Positions 1-12,569 of a stretch of 64,000 nt of DNA are shown in pieces. A program made the position numbers and the translations under genes. Numbering within the stretch: the stretch's first letter is position 1; each line of letters begins with the position of its first letter. The stretch is from contig NC_045696.1 in NCBI RefSeq assembly GCF_009834535.1, positions 42,782,001-42,846,000 on the forward strand. Reading direction: 5' to 3'. This DNA is from Camelus ferus (taxonomy: Eukaryota). A model generated the notes under the pieces. It was given only the letters and a program-made list of their open reading frames with translations, had not been told where the DNA came from and made no database searches.

Positions 1-1024
1 AATTAACTACCGAAGGTTGTGGTGCTCTTTGGCTGAGTTAGATACCTTGGTTTCCTTCCCCTCTGTGCTTGTTATGCCGGGAACATCTTTGTTTCTACCT
101 CCACCCCCCAGTGCTCTTTGCAAGTTCTTCTCTTGTTTCTAGTTCCATTAGGCTTTGTTTTCTGTAGAACAGAAGATTTCCATTCAGGAGCCTCCTCACT
201 CTACCACAACCAATTCCAAATATGCCTACTGCTTGAGGGCATTTTCAGGGACAGAACTAGCTCATAGAGGTGATTCTGAACATCTCCTTGCAGGTGGTCC
301 TGCTCATATTATACCACGTGTACATGTTACTTCACTTGCGTGTAAGGCACACAGGTGATCCTTAGAGATCCAAACCTTTGTGAGAGTCAGTAGAATGTTC
401 TACACTTGAACATTTATTTGACATAAAAATATATTAGAATGTGCTTTAATGCTCTGTTTTCGCAAAGCTAAGCATTTAAAGTATAATCTTGTTTCTTCAG
501 TAAGCCTGATAGACATTGCATTTTCTTAATATTCACACCAAATTGAGCAAATGAAAGAATTTTACCTCATCTGAAACATCCTGTTAAGCTTATGGTTATA
601 TTTAATGTAAAATATCTGTGTTATTGTTGTTTAAAGCACAGGCACAGATTTGAGTGGGGAGATTTATTTATCTATTTTAAAGTCATGATGTAAATCTAGT
701 CAACCATACTTTCTTGCTCCAGGCTCAAGCCTACACACAATTTTTCATTAAAATATTATTTGAACCGAGGACATCTGCAGTTGTCTGGAACATATTTTCT
801 CCAGTACTTGATTTTAAGCTCTCTATGCATACTGGGATTCCCTAAAAAATTCTGTGGCGTGTTTGAGTGTCACTGAGCAAACAACAGCTATACCTACACA
901 AGAACGGTGCCGATCTGAGTGGGTCATACGCCAGCTTTATTAAGAGCATCTTCAAAAAATTTAATTACTCTTATTCTGTTAATAATACTGTTCTCTGAAT
1001 AAAGAACTTCTCTATTCATAATAC

Positions 1025-1480
1025 ATGATTTATTATGAAATGTCTTAAGCATAAAGAAAAATAGTGAAAATAATGATGAATATCTACCATCACCCAGGTT
1101 TGTCAAATCTTGATATTTTGTCATGTGTTCTTCTGATACTTTAATTATATTTTACATTTGACTCATACTTTCAACTATCCCTTCTTCCATTTTCCTCTCC
1201 TTCTTTCCAGAAGAAACTGATATCTTTGTTGTTTATCAAAACAATGTATGTTTACACTTTAGTTACTTATGTGTGTATTCTGAATTGATACTTAATATTT
1301 TTAGGTTGTTAAAAACATGTAAATCTTATCATAATATAAGTTAGTTTTTCTTCACTTGTGCTTTTTAATATTGTTTTTCCTGTTAATATTGCAGGTATAA
1401 TTTATTCATTTTCACTAGATAAGGATTCCGTTGTATGAACACAGCACAATTGATTTCCCCTTGTCTTGTTTTCCCGACTT
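1025..1480 (-). mobile_element. Ancient L1 (L1ME-like) 3' end fragment
   Basis: TTTATTATGAAATG...CCATCACCCAGGTTTGTCAAATCTTGATATTTTGTCATG resembles the antisense 3' terminus of L1ME/L1MC families; highly decayed. Confidence 0.5.
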
Positions 1481-1534
1481 TTTGTTTTTCATTTTCCTAG
1501 CAGTTACACTTTAACAGGGCTCTTTGACACAAAA

Positions 1535-1612
1535 ACATGTGAGCCTTAATAAATGATTACTCTTTGAAGCCATTGAGATTTGGAGTGATTTGTTACTCAG
1601 CAACAGTGCTAA
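1535..1612 (+). mobile_element. MaLR MLT1 LTR 3' fragment
   Basis: AATAAATG...TTTGAAGCCATTGAGATTTGGAGTGATTTGTTACTCAGCAA matches the characteristic MLT1 LTR tail. Confidence 0.5.
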
Positions 1613-2254
1613 TTCCTTCAGTTGAAAGTAACAGACTATGTCTTCTTAATCCCTAAAGTACTTTCTATTTGTCATTGGATCCATGTTCATAGTGTTTCTG
1701 ATCATAGTTACTGAGGATCTCTATCTTAGTTTACCACTGAAGTTTCTGTTCTTTGAGCGCCCTGGAATCCTCGTTTTAATTGTTTATTCCCCTACACCAT
1801 TTGTTCCTGGCTTGGCAGTGGAACAGTTATTTCATTTCTAAACTAAGTGAAACAAATTAATGTTAAAATAAATTTCGTCTGTGTTTCTCTTTTCTACAAT
1901 AGCCTGTGCCTTGTTTTCATTTAAAACCAGTATACCCAACACTTCTTCACTGAGTTTTTCTAGACTCAGTGTAGAAAGGGCCTGTTTTTGGTCCTTTTGT
2001 CACCATCTCCAGTGCTCTTCTCCAAAATTTTTCTCTGCTGTTTCCAGCTTAGTCCATTGGGAGCACAAAACCTCCCTCTGAAATGATGAAAAGTCTATTT
2101 TATTGGTGATACAACCAACAACAACCAACTGTTCTTCTCTTGCACCTTGAAACCATCTCCTAAATTCTTAACTTCTGACATCGGCCCCACTTGCTGTCTT
2201 GTATATGGGGTAACTTGATTTTTTTAAAAAATTTATTTGCTTTCTGTTTCCTAC

Positions 2255-3030
2255 GGTGATAATGTGATTTACAAGAAATATATTTTTGGTCATTCGGATG
2301 ACCAAAATATTTTTTTCATATATATTTGGTCTTCATCCACAGTTCCTGGCTTACAACTGCCAAAACCTTTGGGATTTCTTAAGTGTTAAAAGTGGTGAAG
2401 TGTCCTTTGTTATGCTAATCAGGTGACTTTTGGAAAGCTTCTGAGGGTGGGGGCTGATTGCTGTGGCATCTGATCATGTGATTAGAGGACTAGAACTTTC
2501 AGTCCTACCACTTAACCTCCTTGAAGAGGAGAGAGATAGAGGTTGAATCAATCTCCAATGGGCAATTATCTAATCAATCATACCTATGTAATGAAGTCTC
2601 CATAGAAATTCAAAGGGACAGAGAGCTTCTGGGGATACAGCTGAGCTTGGAGAGGATGTGGAAGCTCTGAATCCTTTCCCCATGCCTTGTCCTTCATCTC
2701 TTCTGTCTGGCTGTTCCTGAGTTGTATTCTTTCATAATAGTTTGGCAATCTAGTAAGTACAGTTTCCTCTGGTTCTGTGAACTTCTCTAGCAAATCAATT
2801 GGATCCAAGAAGGAGGTTGTGGGAAGCTCTGACGTAAAGCCAGTGGGTGAGAAATACAGGTGGAAACCTGACATTGAGACTGGTGTCCAAATGGGCTGTG
2901 GGGGGCAGTCTTGTAGGACTGAGCCCTTAACCCATGGAATCTTTGCTATCTCGGTGTAGACAGTATCAGAACTGAGTTAAATTATAGACCAGCTTGCTGA
3001 TGTCCAAGAATTGTATGGTGTTGTGTCCTA
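2255..3030 (+). mobile_element. ERVL solo LTR, MER21-like
   Basis: ATATATTTGGTCTTC, TTTGTTATGCTAAT, ATGTGATTAGAGG.TAGAACTTTCAG, TAATCAATCATACCTATGTAATGAAG and ACTGAGCCCTTAACCCATGGAATCT occur in MER21 order. Confidence 0.75.
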
Positions 3031-3984
3031 CCCTCCCTCCCCTGCTTCCCCCTTGGAATTGAGTCCAAGAACCTAATTTACCTACATATTTTACTTCTGG
3101 ATATTTGGGAGTGGACAGAGAAGTATTTATTGAAAAAAAGATTGGTTTATTTTTAGAACTATTATTTGAACCACTGCTAATTTTTAACTCATCCTTAGCA
3201 AACTTTGCCCCATATTCTTTGCTCCTTGACTCTCCCTTAACCCTATGAGAGCTCATCCAATTCAGTAACTTTTTTGGTGTATTTTTCCAAATACACAGTT
3301 CATTACTTATGTCTTCTAAACATCCTCCCTTGTATTCTTTTTCTTTTTGTTACAGCTTAAATCTTTATTATCTATTGTTCATTTTGAGTACCAAGTTATC
3401 AGTTTTACTGTTTTACTAGTTAGTTACCTTAATCTGACCATTAATATGACTTAAAATTACTCAGCTGAAAATGATCCATTGCTTCATTCCTGATTAATGT
3501 GAGGATAATGAAAAATGCCAGCCTTGACATTGTCATTTTTGATTTGGTACACTCGATAAATATGGTCCATGTTGAAATAAAATGTTCTTGCTTCACCCTT
3601 ATCAGGAAGCTATGCACTATGTTTCCAAATGATTGTGATAGAATAGTTACCTTATGATTTCTTCATTATTTGTTTGTTTGTTTATTTATTTATTTATATT
3701 GAGGCACAGTCAGTTTACAATGTTGTGTCAATTTCTGCTGTACAGCACAATGTCCCAGCCATACATGAAGATACATGTATTCATTTTCACATTATTTTTC
3801 ACCATAAGCTACTACAAGATATTGAATATATTTCCCTGTGCTATACAGTATGAACTTGTTCATCTATTTTATATATAGCAGTCAGTATCTGCAAATCTCA
3901 AACTCCCAGTTTATCCCTTCCCTGTCCTCTTCCCCCTGGCAACCACAAGTCTGTATTCTATGTCTGTGAGTCTGTTTCTGTTTT

Positions 3985-4380
3985 TTATATAAGTTCATTT
4001 GTCTTTTTTCTTCTTTTTGGATTCCATATGAGTGATATCGTATAGTATTTTTCTTTCTCTTTCTGGCTTACTTCACTTAGAATGACATTGTCCATGGCCA
4101 TCCATGTTGCTGCAGATGGCATTATTTTATCATTTTTAATGGCTGAGTAATATTCCACTGTATAAATATACCAAAACTTCTTTATCCAGTCATCCATTGA
4201 TGGACATTTAGGCTTTCTCCATATCTTGGCTATTGTAAATAGTGCTGCTATGAACATTGGGGTGCAGGTGTCATCCTGAAGTAGGGTTCCTTCTGGATAT
4301 ATGCCCAGGAGCGGGATTCCTGGGTCACATGGTAAGTCTATTCCTAGTCTTTTGAGGAATCTCCAGTACTGTTTTCCACA
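3985..4380 (-). pseudogene. L1 ORF2 C-terminal remnant
   Basis: ORF 3985-4257 MFIAALFTIAKIWRKPKCPSMDDWIKKFWYIYTVEYYSAIK is the conserved L1 ORF2p C-terminus. Confidence 0.9.
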
Positions 4381-4446
4381 GAGAAATGCAAATCAAAACT
4401 ACAATGAGGTATCACCTCACTCCAGTCAGAATGGCCATCATTCAAA

Positions 4447-5029
4447 TATACTATGTCTTGATGTTGCATTAGTTTGGGTTCTTCTTGTTTGGGACCCTTT
4501 GTGCTTTCTGTACTTGGATATCTGATTCCTTCTTTAGGTTTGGGAAGTTTTCAGTCATGGTTTCTTCAAATACCTTTTTAATCTCCTTTGCTCTTTCTTC
4601 TCCTTGTGGGACCTCTATTATGTGTAGGTTGGCATGCTTTATATTATCCCATAGGTCCCTTATATTGTTTTCATTGGTTTTTATTTGTTTTTCTCTCAGC
4701 TGTTCTGATTGGGTGACTTCTATTTTCCTGTATTCTAAGTCACTTATTTGTTCCTATGCATTATCTAGCCTACTTTTTACAGCCTTTAGCTCAGCTCTCA
4801 TCTCAGCAAATGAGTTTTCCAATTTTAATTGGGTCCTCTTTATAGTTTCAATTTCCTTTTTGACATACATTCTGTCTCTATTCACAATCTCTTTTAGTTC
4901 CTTCAGTACTTTGATCACTCCTTTTTTGAAATCATGATCTAGTAGATTAGCAAGGTGTATTTCATTGATTATTCTTTCAGGGGATTTCTCTTGTTCTTTT
5001 AATTGTGAGTGGTTCCTCTGCTTCTTCAC
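4447..5029 (-). pseudogene. L1 ORF1 N-terminal half remnant
   Basis: MKKQRNHSQLKEQEKSPERIINE... followed after a stop by ...NIRDLWDNIK...TENFPNLKKESDIQ; homologous to ORF1 at 40183-41086. Confidence 0.9.
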
Positions 5030-8000
5030 TTATATCTCTCCAGCACTATGGATTAACAATAACAGAAGAACAAAACAAATAGAAATTAAAATCAAATTGA
5101 GACAAATTAAAAATAATTTAAAAGAAGAAGAAAATTGAAAGCAGTATGATTGATAACAGAAGAACAAAACAGTGCTAGAAATAAAATTGAGACAAATTTT
5201 TTAAAATTTTTAAGAATTTTTAAAAGAAAATTTCAAAAGAGATTTTAAACATTAAAAAAATTAAAATTAAGAAAGGAAAAGAAAAAAGGAAAGAAAAAAA
5301 AAGGTTGATGTGTTTCCATGGAGACTGTGAGTGCTTCATAATTTTGTCCAGAGGTCCTTCTTAAGTATGAGTGGTTGCCAAGTCTTCCTCCAGAGCCTTT
5401 TGTCTGTTATCCCTTTGGCTGAGGGTGTGGCCAGTATTTTGGTGTCAGAGCCTGCCCTGGCTATCGAACAGGGCCTCCTTTTTGTTCTGTGGTTGTTGCC
5501 GCTCCTGCCCTTGCTTTGCAGTGGGAACTCCACTTGCCGATTCCAGGCGTGCTCCGGTCATGCCCCAGGTCTGTGCTGCTCCCGGTGCTGGTAGGCAGGC
5601 AGGTCATCTCTCCTCCCAATGCCATGTCTGTGAGTTGTGCTACTGTGTGGTAGGTGGGCGCTTCTAGCCCCCTCCAGACACCTCGTCTCTATGCCTGCAC
5701 TCATTCACCATAGGCGGGCAGGTCATATCCCTTCTCAACACTGCATCCTGGCACCATGCTCCTGCGAGGTAGGTGGTAGGGTTGCTCCCCCATTCAGTGC
5801 CACTCCCCACACCGTCGCATCCATCATTCGTGCTCCATAGGTGGGCTCACAGAAAATGGCTGTGCCAGCCTCACTCCTTCTCACACACTCGCTGTGTGCC
5901 AGAAGTCCGCTCCTTGTTGGTTTGCCTTAGAGGCTTGAGTTCAAAGAGGCACCGGGGCAGAACGGTCCCCTCTGCCTGGGGCTGTAAACAAATTTCAGTC
6001 CCGCCTATGAGGTTTCGAAGCTGCTAGGTAAAGATTCAACCCCACCTCCGCCTGGGAGCCACGCACTGGAGAAGATAGTAGCCATGGCTGAGCCCCGCCT
6101 CTCTTCTCTAGAGAACATGCCAGGCACGGTGCCTCGGGTCTGCAGAGACAAAGGCTATGGCACCCCTCCCCCCAGGGCACACCAGCAGTGTTGCTTATTT
6201 TTTTTTTTTTGTATATTATGTGGTACCCAGGCTGTTCTGCTTTGTATACCCTCCCTGCCACAGCGCACCACACACTGCAGTCCCCCAGGGTCGCCTCTGT
6301 GCTGGCCAAGTCCTCCACCCGGCCAGGGAGGCTTGACCCATCCCACCCCTGCCGGTTCATGAATAGGTCTGGGGGTCTCAGGAACCCTTTGTGCCTGTTT
6401 ACCTTAGTTCTATTGGCCAAGGGCTATTCTATACAGATCCACCTTGGAGGTTCCCCCTCCATCCAGCTGACGGTGGGTCTGTGGATGTCACTTTCGGTGT
6501 ACTTGTGGGAGAGGGTGAGCTACGAGCGTCCTTCTACTCTACCATCTTGGTTCTTCCTCTTCATCATTTTAAATATATCACAACCCTGTTGTCTATAATC
6601 ACAATGTGTTCAACTCTTAGTTCATAATTAAATTTTTTTTTTTTATGTGTAGAGGTTTCACGATGCCCTTACTTCTAGTTCCTTCTTCTGCTATTTTCTA
6701 GATCTACTGAAACTCTGGCCCAGTTGTATTATTCTTTAAAGGGGAGATGTTGTATGGGGGCTCATGGGTCCATCCAGTCTGCATGAGCCAAACATGCTAA
6801 GCCATCCCTTCTATGGTCTATCATCCTATTCTGGGTATAGATGAAGATCAATAAATATAAAGCCTTTAAAAAGAATGTTTCCTGAAAACGCTGCTTGATT
6901 ACTGCTTAACCTTGTTCTCCAGAAAGTGCAGATCTCTGTGGCCCTCAGAATTATTTAGATATCACCAAGAATGGACTAACACAACCATAGACTATCAGGG
7001 CTGGGAAGGATCTTAAAGTCCATCTAATAAAATCTTCTCTTGTCAAGACATGAATTGAATAGTCAAAATTTGACTAGTTTTGTTTTCAAAAGTTAATTTT
7101 CATATGGTTCACCTCATAGATGAGATGGGGAAAGCCCTATTCAGTTGCCAGTGAGATCTGTCTACGCCATGGCCACAGCATTGTGCAGACCCACGTCTGT
7201 GATCTTAATGACAGCACTTGCTCTATCACTCATCTGGCTTACCTCTTGTTAAAAAAAATTAAGATAGTTGATACATATTTGGAATGGAAGGAGGCAGGAA
7301 AGAGCCACATAAAAATTTATCTCAAGGAAAATTAGGACATTTCAAATGAGATGAACTAGCAAGATACATTGATGCGATCCTTTGCCAGCAGGGAAGCATC
7401 CTGGATCGTTTCCTTTGTTCCAAGCCATTCTGCTATGATCTGAATAGACTCTTTCAAGTGATGAGTGGGCACACTTCAAAAATCATTCATAAGTTTCTCT
7501 AGATCTTGGAAAGCATTTTTCTATACAAATAACATAATAAATGATTAATATGTTCCCTGACCAATATTGCAAGGTTACTTTAACACACAAGCTACCGACA
7601 TATATTGGAATTGTTTTACATACGTCTAACAGTGGTATGCCTCTTTATTTCTTTGGGACAGCTGCTCTCTTAGTTCTAAATCTTCCCCCATCAGGAGTGG
7701 TGGCCATTTCCAGTACTGATGTAGAACAGGGTCTTCACTGGAGGTAGATTTTAGGGTACACTCAGGAACTTTTCAGAAACTTTTTCACTCAGTCCCCTTT
7801 TTTAATTACTTGATAGAAAGGGTCTCAGGATAACCACTGTCCAATTGTTCAGAATAAAAAGATAAAAGGAGAACTGCACGGACAAGGAGCATGCAGTTTC
7901 AGACTTCCGTGGGGATGTTTTTGGTACAGTTGTTTATAAAGTGAGGACCACCTAATCCTCAGTTTCTGTGGTCTGGGCTTCCCATTTTGCATCTTGATCT

Positions 8001-8602
8001 AATTTTTAAAATTATGCTATTTTATGACTAGCTTGTGAAAATTTGAGAGCTGCGTTTAATTAGAGCAGCAACAGTATATTGAACTACTTCAGTATTTCTC
8101 ATGTCTGAACTTTTCAAATTTTTTTAAATTTGAACCAATGCTGTATTTTCATTCAACTTCATGGCGTTTTTTGCAATGTGCACTGTAGTAGTGGGAACTT
8201 CCAAAATTAAAAAAAAAAATAACTGACTTTCTGAGAGAAGCTTTGTTTCTGAAAGTAATTATTTGCAATAATTGCTATGCTGTTTTCTGAAGAGGTAAGA
8301 TTCCTGGTGTCACATGGCAACCTTATCCCTGGGTCTCCTGCTGGCTCCTGCCAGATACTGTGTATTACTCCCCTGTGGGAAAACCCACATGGGTTTTTCT
8401 CCAGGCCACCTGTGAAGAAGGAAGGGGTTTTTAATTTTTTTCCTTAAACTTCTAAGAGAAGGGGAATAGCTACAATGTGGATTGGAGGAGACAGAATCAC
8501 TTATGATAGCTGTTTTTAAAAAAATTCAACCTTAGGAGCAAAACAAGTTGGACTGACAGTCTCAAAATCTAACATTCTCTCACATTTTCTTGTAAATGTA
8601 TG

Positions 8603-8685
8603 TTTTATTGAAGCATAGTCAGTTTACAATGTGTCAGTTTCTGGTGTACAGCATAATGCTTCAGTCATAATGAACATACCTATAC
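8603..8685 (-). mobile_element. Short 5'-truncated L1 3' end
   Basis: TTTTATTGAAGCATAGTCAGTTTACAATGTGTCAGTTTCTGGTGTACAGCATAATG, the same terminus type as at 3697 and 33910. Confidence 0.7.
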
Positions 8686-10304
8686 GTTTTTTTAAAAAAG
8701 AAATTGACAAGACTTTGCTGAATCTTAATGCCCTCCCGTTCTACTCACATCTTGCCATCTTCTATTTTCTTACTTTAAATCAAGTTTCTAACAAAGGAGT
8801 AAATATTGGTAAAGGTTGGGAAGTTTCAGACATGGGTCTCTTACTTTTTAAATCACCCAGTGGCTAGGTTTACGATATGTGTAATTTTTTCCCTTTCTCT
8901 CATTATTAAAACTTTTCTCAAAGCAAAGCCATCAGTGAATTTCAGGTGCTAGAACTTCCTCTCCATTGTTTTCTGTTGTTGAGGAGAGAAGCTTGCAAGT
9001 GCGGATAACTGCCTTCTTAGCAGGCAGTGTTGGACTGCATCTGAAACACCAGAGGTGTCAGGTGCAAGGGCTAAGTCTTTTGGATTTGTGGTACCAGGTA
9101 TTTGAAATCAATTACAAACCCTGCTGGAATGTCTTTAAATTTTGAAAAGCTTAACTGTGGCCTCCTGGAATACTTATGTGTTTCTTTATTTCCTCTATAT
9201 TAGTGGACTCTTTTCTCTGCAGTTGGGTGAATGTTGTAAAGGTCTCCTTGGATGTGTTTTGATGTGGGAAAGGTTTTGTGAGTCGTTCCTTATGTTCTCA
9301 AGAATGAAACCCCTTATCTTAATGAATAAAATGTCCAGACAACGTATTAGCCCTCCTGGGAGAGCAGTTATGCTTCTACTGTTTGTTGCCTGAAAAAAAT
9401 GCATAAGGACTGACATTTGCTGTAAATTTAGTAAAGATTCTGGATGTATTTTTTTAATCACCAAGTCATTTTAATAAACATGACAAGGAGTATGCAAATG
9501 TGTGAAGTGTATCAGTCACTCTACTCTTGCTCAGTTAGAGAGCAAATTGGTGCTAAGATCTCTAATCACATCCCCCTGTTGCTCCCTTCAGGGGCTCAGG
9601 CTCCCATTGATGGAGAACTGTTGTGGTGTTGTGGTGTAAGCTGATTGTGTTGTTTCACTGGGGCTTTATATATATTCTAATCATTTACTTGTGAGATTGA
9701 GTGATGGACTATAAGATACGTTCTCTGTGAAATGCACTTCTGAACTTCCTAGGGAAAAAAAAAAAAAAGAAAGACAAGATGAATTAATGTTCTGGCTTAT
9801 ACCAAATCTAGTATTTGTTACAATGCGTGAACTGTCACTTAACCCGCCCTCTTAAATGGTGTTGGTGCTACGTCTTGCGTGTATGTGAGCTGACCTCTCC
9901 TTAGCCCCCCCTTACTCATCACTTAGGAAGGCTTAGCTCCATTGCTGATTACTCATAATATTTGGCAAGGAAATTATTTTCATTTCTCAAATTTATTTCT
10001 GGTGAATTGCTATTAACCGTCATCTACCTAATGGGAGAACTGAAAAGCATTTTCTGCCAGATAAATACACATATGCTCAACTTTGCTGATAAATGCTGCT
10101 AGCAGGGAGTGTGCAAGGCCTGTAGCTCAACCTGACCCATGGTAAGTCCTGCTCATTATCTTCCCAGATTCTGTACATTTATGACTCTATCTTAAAGGAT
10201 CTTTCTCTTGATTTTTTGTTTTATGAGAGTAAAGTTTTGTTTTTTACATGCAACTGGGAATTTATCTCTTCCCTTACTTACCTGGCTATGGCGTAAGGTA
10301 TACC

Positions 10305-10434
10305 TGCTTCTAGAGAGAGTTCTCAGAGGGTAGGGAATGGGCCTGTTTTGCCCTACTCTGTATCCTAATTGTCTAAAGTGGGAAAACGTACCTAGTAAGT
10401 CTCAGTAAATATTATATGAATGAATGAACAAATG
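10305..10434 (+). mobile_element. L2 3' end
   Basis: GAGGGTAGGGAAT...TCTGTATCC...CTCAGTAAATATT..TGAATGAATGAA tail typical of L2. Confidence 0.6.
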
Positions 10435-12279
10435 CCCAGATTACTCTTGAATAGCAGAACTCACTGGAGTATATATATAATTTTCTGAGCCTCTAAATCA
10501 CGCCACTCCTCTTACCTATTAATAGAGCTACGAAGTTGTGAAGTCTAGGCATGGGGCGGTGTTGATGCTTTTCAGAATCTAGATTAATGTCTTACAGCAT
10601 GGTTACTCTCTCTTATTCAGATGAAGTCACTTGACTTTGGTATCGGATTTAATAATTGGTTTGTGGATCTTAGGTCTTTTCTTATTTGATATTCTCCATA
10701 AGACGCATGCATTGGTATGGACTAAAGACAAAGTTACATTCGAATATAGAACACAAATCCCATTCCACTGGTGAGCAGCCCTGACAGTAATAGATTGCTC
10801 ATTTAATGGAAGGATCTGTGGTATTATCTGCTGAGATCAACAAAATGGGCCCAGTGAGCACATGACGTTAGCACATTATCAAATGATAATATGGCCATGA
10901 ATACACTGATGCTCTTGTGAGAATTTCTGTCCTCAAGGAATTGTAATAGATTCCTTGGATACATCTGAAAGTAAATCCATAGAGACGTAATAAACAGAAA
11001 AAAATCTTTGGCTTGCTCTCTCTCTCTTACTCTGTCCCTCTCTTTTAGCGCTAATGGAAAAAGGCTATTCTAACAGCAAATAGGATTTTTCCTGAGTGGC
11101 ACTTACCGCAGTGACATGGCCCACTCGAAGGGCTGTAGGATATTTTGCCAAACCACTGCTGGGCCTGCCCTTTTGCTCAGCTCCTACCGGTTTGGCTCTC
11201 ATCCACATCAGGAGGCCTTGAGGCTCTGGGAAGGGGCTGCAGTCTTCATGTCCTCCCGGACCCCTTGCTGTGACTTGGGATGAAGTAGGTCTGCTCAGCA
11301 GCCAGAGAGAGAGAGAGAAAGGGGAGAGAAGGAAAAGCTGATAAAACCTTCATCTACTTTTGAGAATTTTTTGTTTGCTTTGGAACCTTGCTTGTCAGAA
11401 TTTGGAAAATTTAAGGCAAAGCAAATGTCCAATCTGCTATGAGTTGGTACATAAAAGGTACACCTTTAGTGACATGACTTACTCAAAGGTCAATTGAACT
11501 GACATGTTATGCCTAAGAAATGAGATTTTATTTATGCCTCCTTCACGAGAATTAATTGATGACTTTCAACTGTCCCTTGAATAAACTTGGGCTGTAATTG
11601 AACATGAGAAAAGAAGTCAAGGTCCTATTCTTGAAGGTTACCTGTCGATCTCAATTATTGAGCAGAGTTGTCACGACTGTCACTTACATGCGTACGGGAT
11701 ATTTGCTAGTGATAAAAACATCCACGGAACAATAGTAAATATTGGGTTCTGCTGGTTAAATCCCCAGGATTAAAAGGAGAGCAACTAAATAGTGTCTGTC
11801 AATATTGAGTTCTTCAGAGAAATGCGCAAGATACAACAAGGTTGTTTTTAATCCATTTATTTAGCAGGATGTTCATATTCAGAAATGAGCATTTTTTGTT
11901 TTTGTTTTTGTTTTTTTTTTGCCTTTAAACTCATAGAACATGTTTCTTCACCAGATTTACATGATTGGGGAAGATTTCATGAATGTGTGTGTATTATGGG
12001 AGCTTCACAGTGAACAAAGTTGCTTAGCCTAAAAAGATCTGGGCATCACCTGGGTTCCATTTGGCCATAGTTAATATTAATGTTCCAGAGGGATCACACC
12101 TGCAGGGCAGTACACTGACAGTGTCGCTTGATTTTCATGTTACCTGCTTACTAGTGCTGCTCATGTTAAATTTGAACTTTCAGAATTATGGAATTTTTTT
12201 TGAGCCTTGTAATACCTGTTTCTGTTGGCTACCTCCCGCCACCAATTGGTGGCCTGCTTCTCTGTGTCCAGGAGTTCCC

Positions 12280-12430
12280 ACACTTTAACTTGAATAAGAA
12301 TCGCCTTGAAAACTCATTATAGTAAGATTTTTAATTTAGTATGCAGGGGTGATCTCAGGAGTTGCATTGAAAAGAAACTCTCTGAATAACTCCTGTGAAG
12401 TGGGCGCCCACCCTTCAAGAAACATGGTTT
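12280..12430. mobile_element. MER5-like hAT fragment
   Basis: AGAATCGCCTTG...TTTAATTTAGTA...CTTCAAGAAACATGG; weak MER5 similarity. Confidence 0.35.
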
Positions 12431-12569
12431 AGATCTTCCTTTAGTTAGCCTGGTTCTTCTGATTACCAAACTGGCTTTCCAGTCTCCTGGTTGTGTATTC
12501 TGCCAGCTCTTAGCTGCCCTTCTGTTTGCTATGTGTACTTCATAGAGTTGCAGGCCGGTCCAAAAACAG

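Larger units (their letters stand above)
3672..6557 (-). mobile_element. Internally deleted LINE-1 (5'UTR + 5' part of ORF1 + 68-bp inversion + ORF2 end + 3'UTR) with TSD
   Basis: 5' start GGAAGAACCAAGATGG at 6557, homologous to the start of the L1 at 43429. (AAAT/AAAC)n tail at ~3672-3696. TSD TCTTCAT[T/C]ATTT at 3660-3671 and 6558-6569. Minus-strand TTT|AAAA endonuclease site at the right flank. Confidence 0.9.

Noticed and set aside
882..916. Resemblance to the 5S rRNA 5' end (ACAGCTATACC...GAACG..CCGATCT)
   Set aside because: Only ~35 nt with many mismatches and no continuation into box A/C; not supportable without an HMM search
2083..2178. C/D box-like ATGATGA ... CTGA pair
   Set aside because: No terminal stem or recognisable guide sequence; not a credible snoRNA
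4485..4937. 150-aa plus-strand ORF and similar Phe/Ser-rich ORFs (e.g. 39437-39922, 36759-36983)
   Set aside because: Antisense shadows of L1 ORF1/ORF2, not genes
8374..8397. 8-bp-arm hairpin AAAACCCA-CA-TGGGTTTT with RBPJ-like TGTGGGAA
   Set aside because: Short; expected by chance in 64 kb
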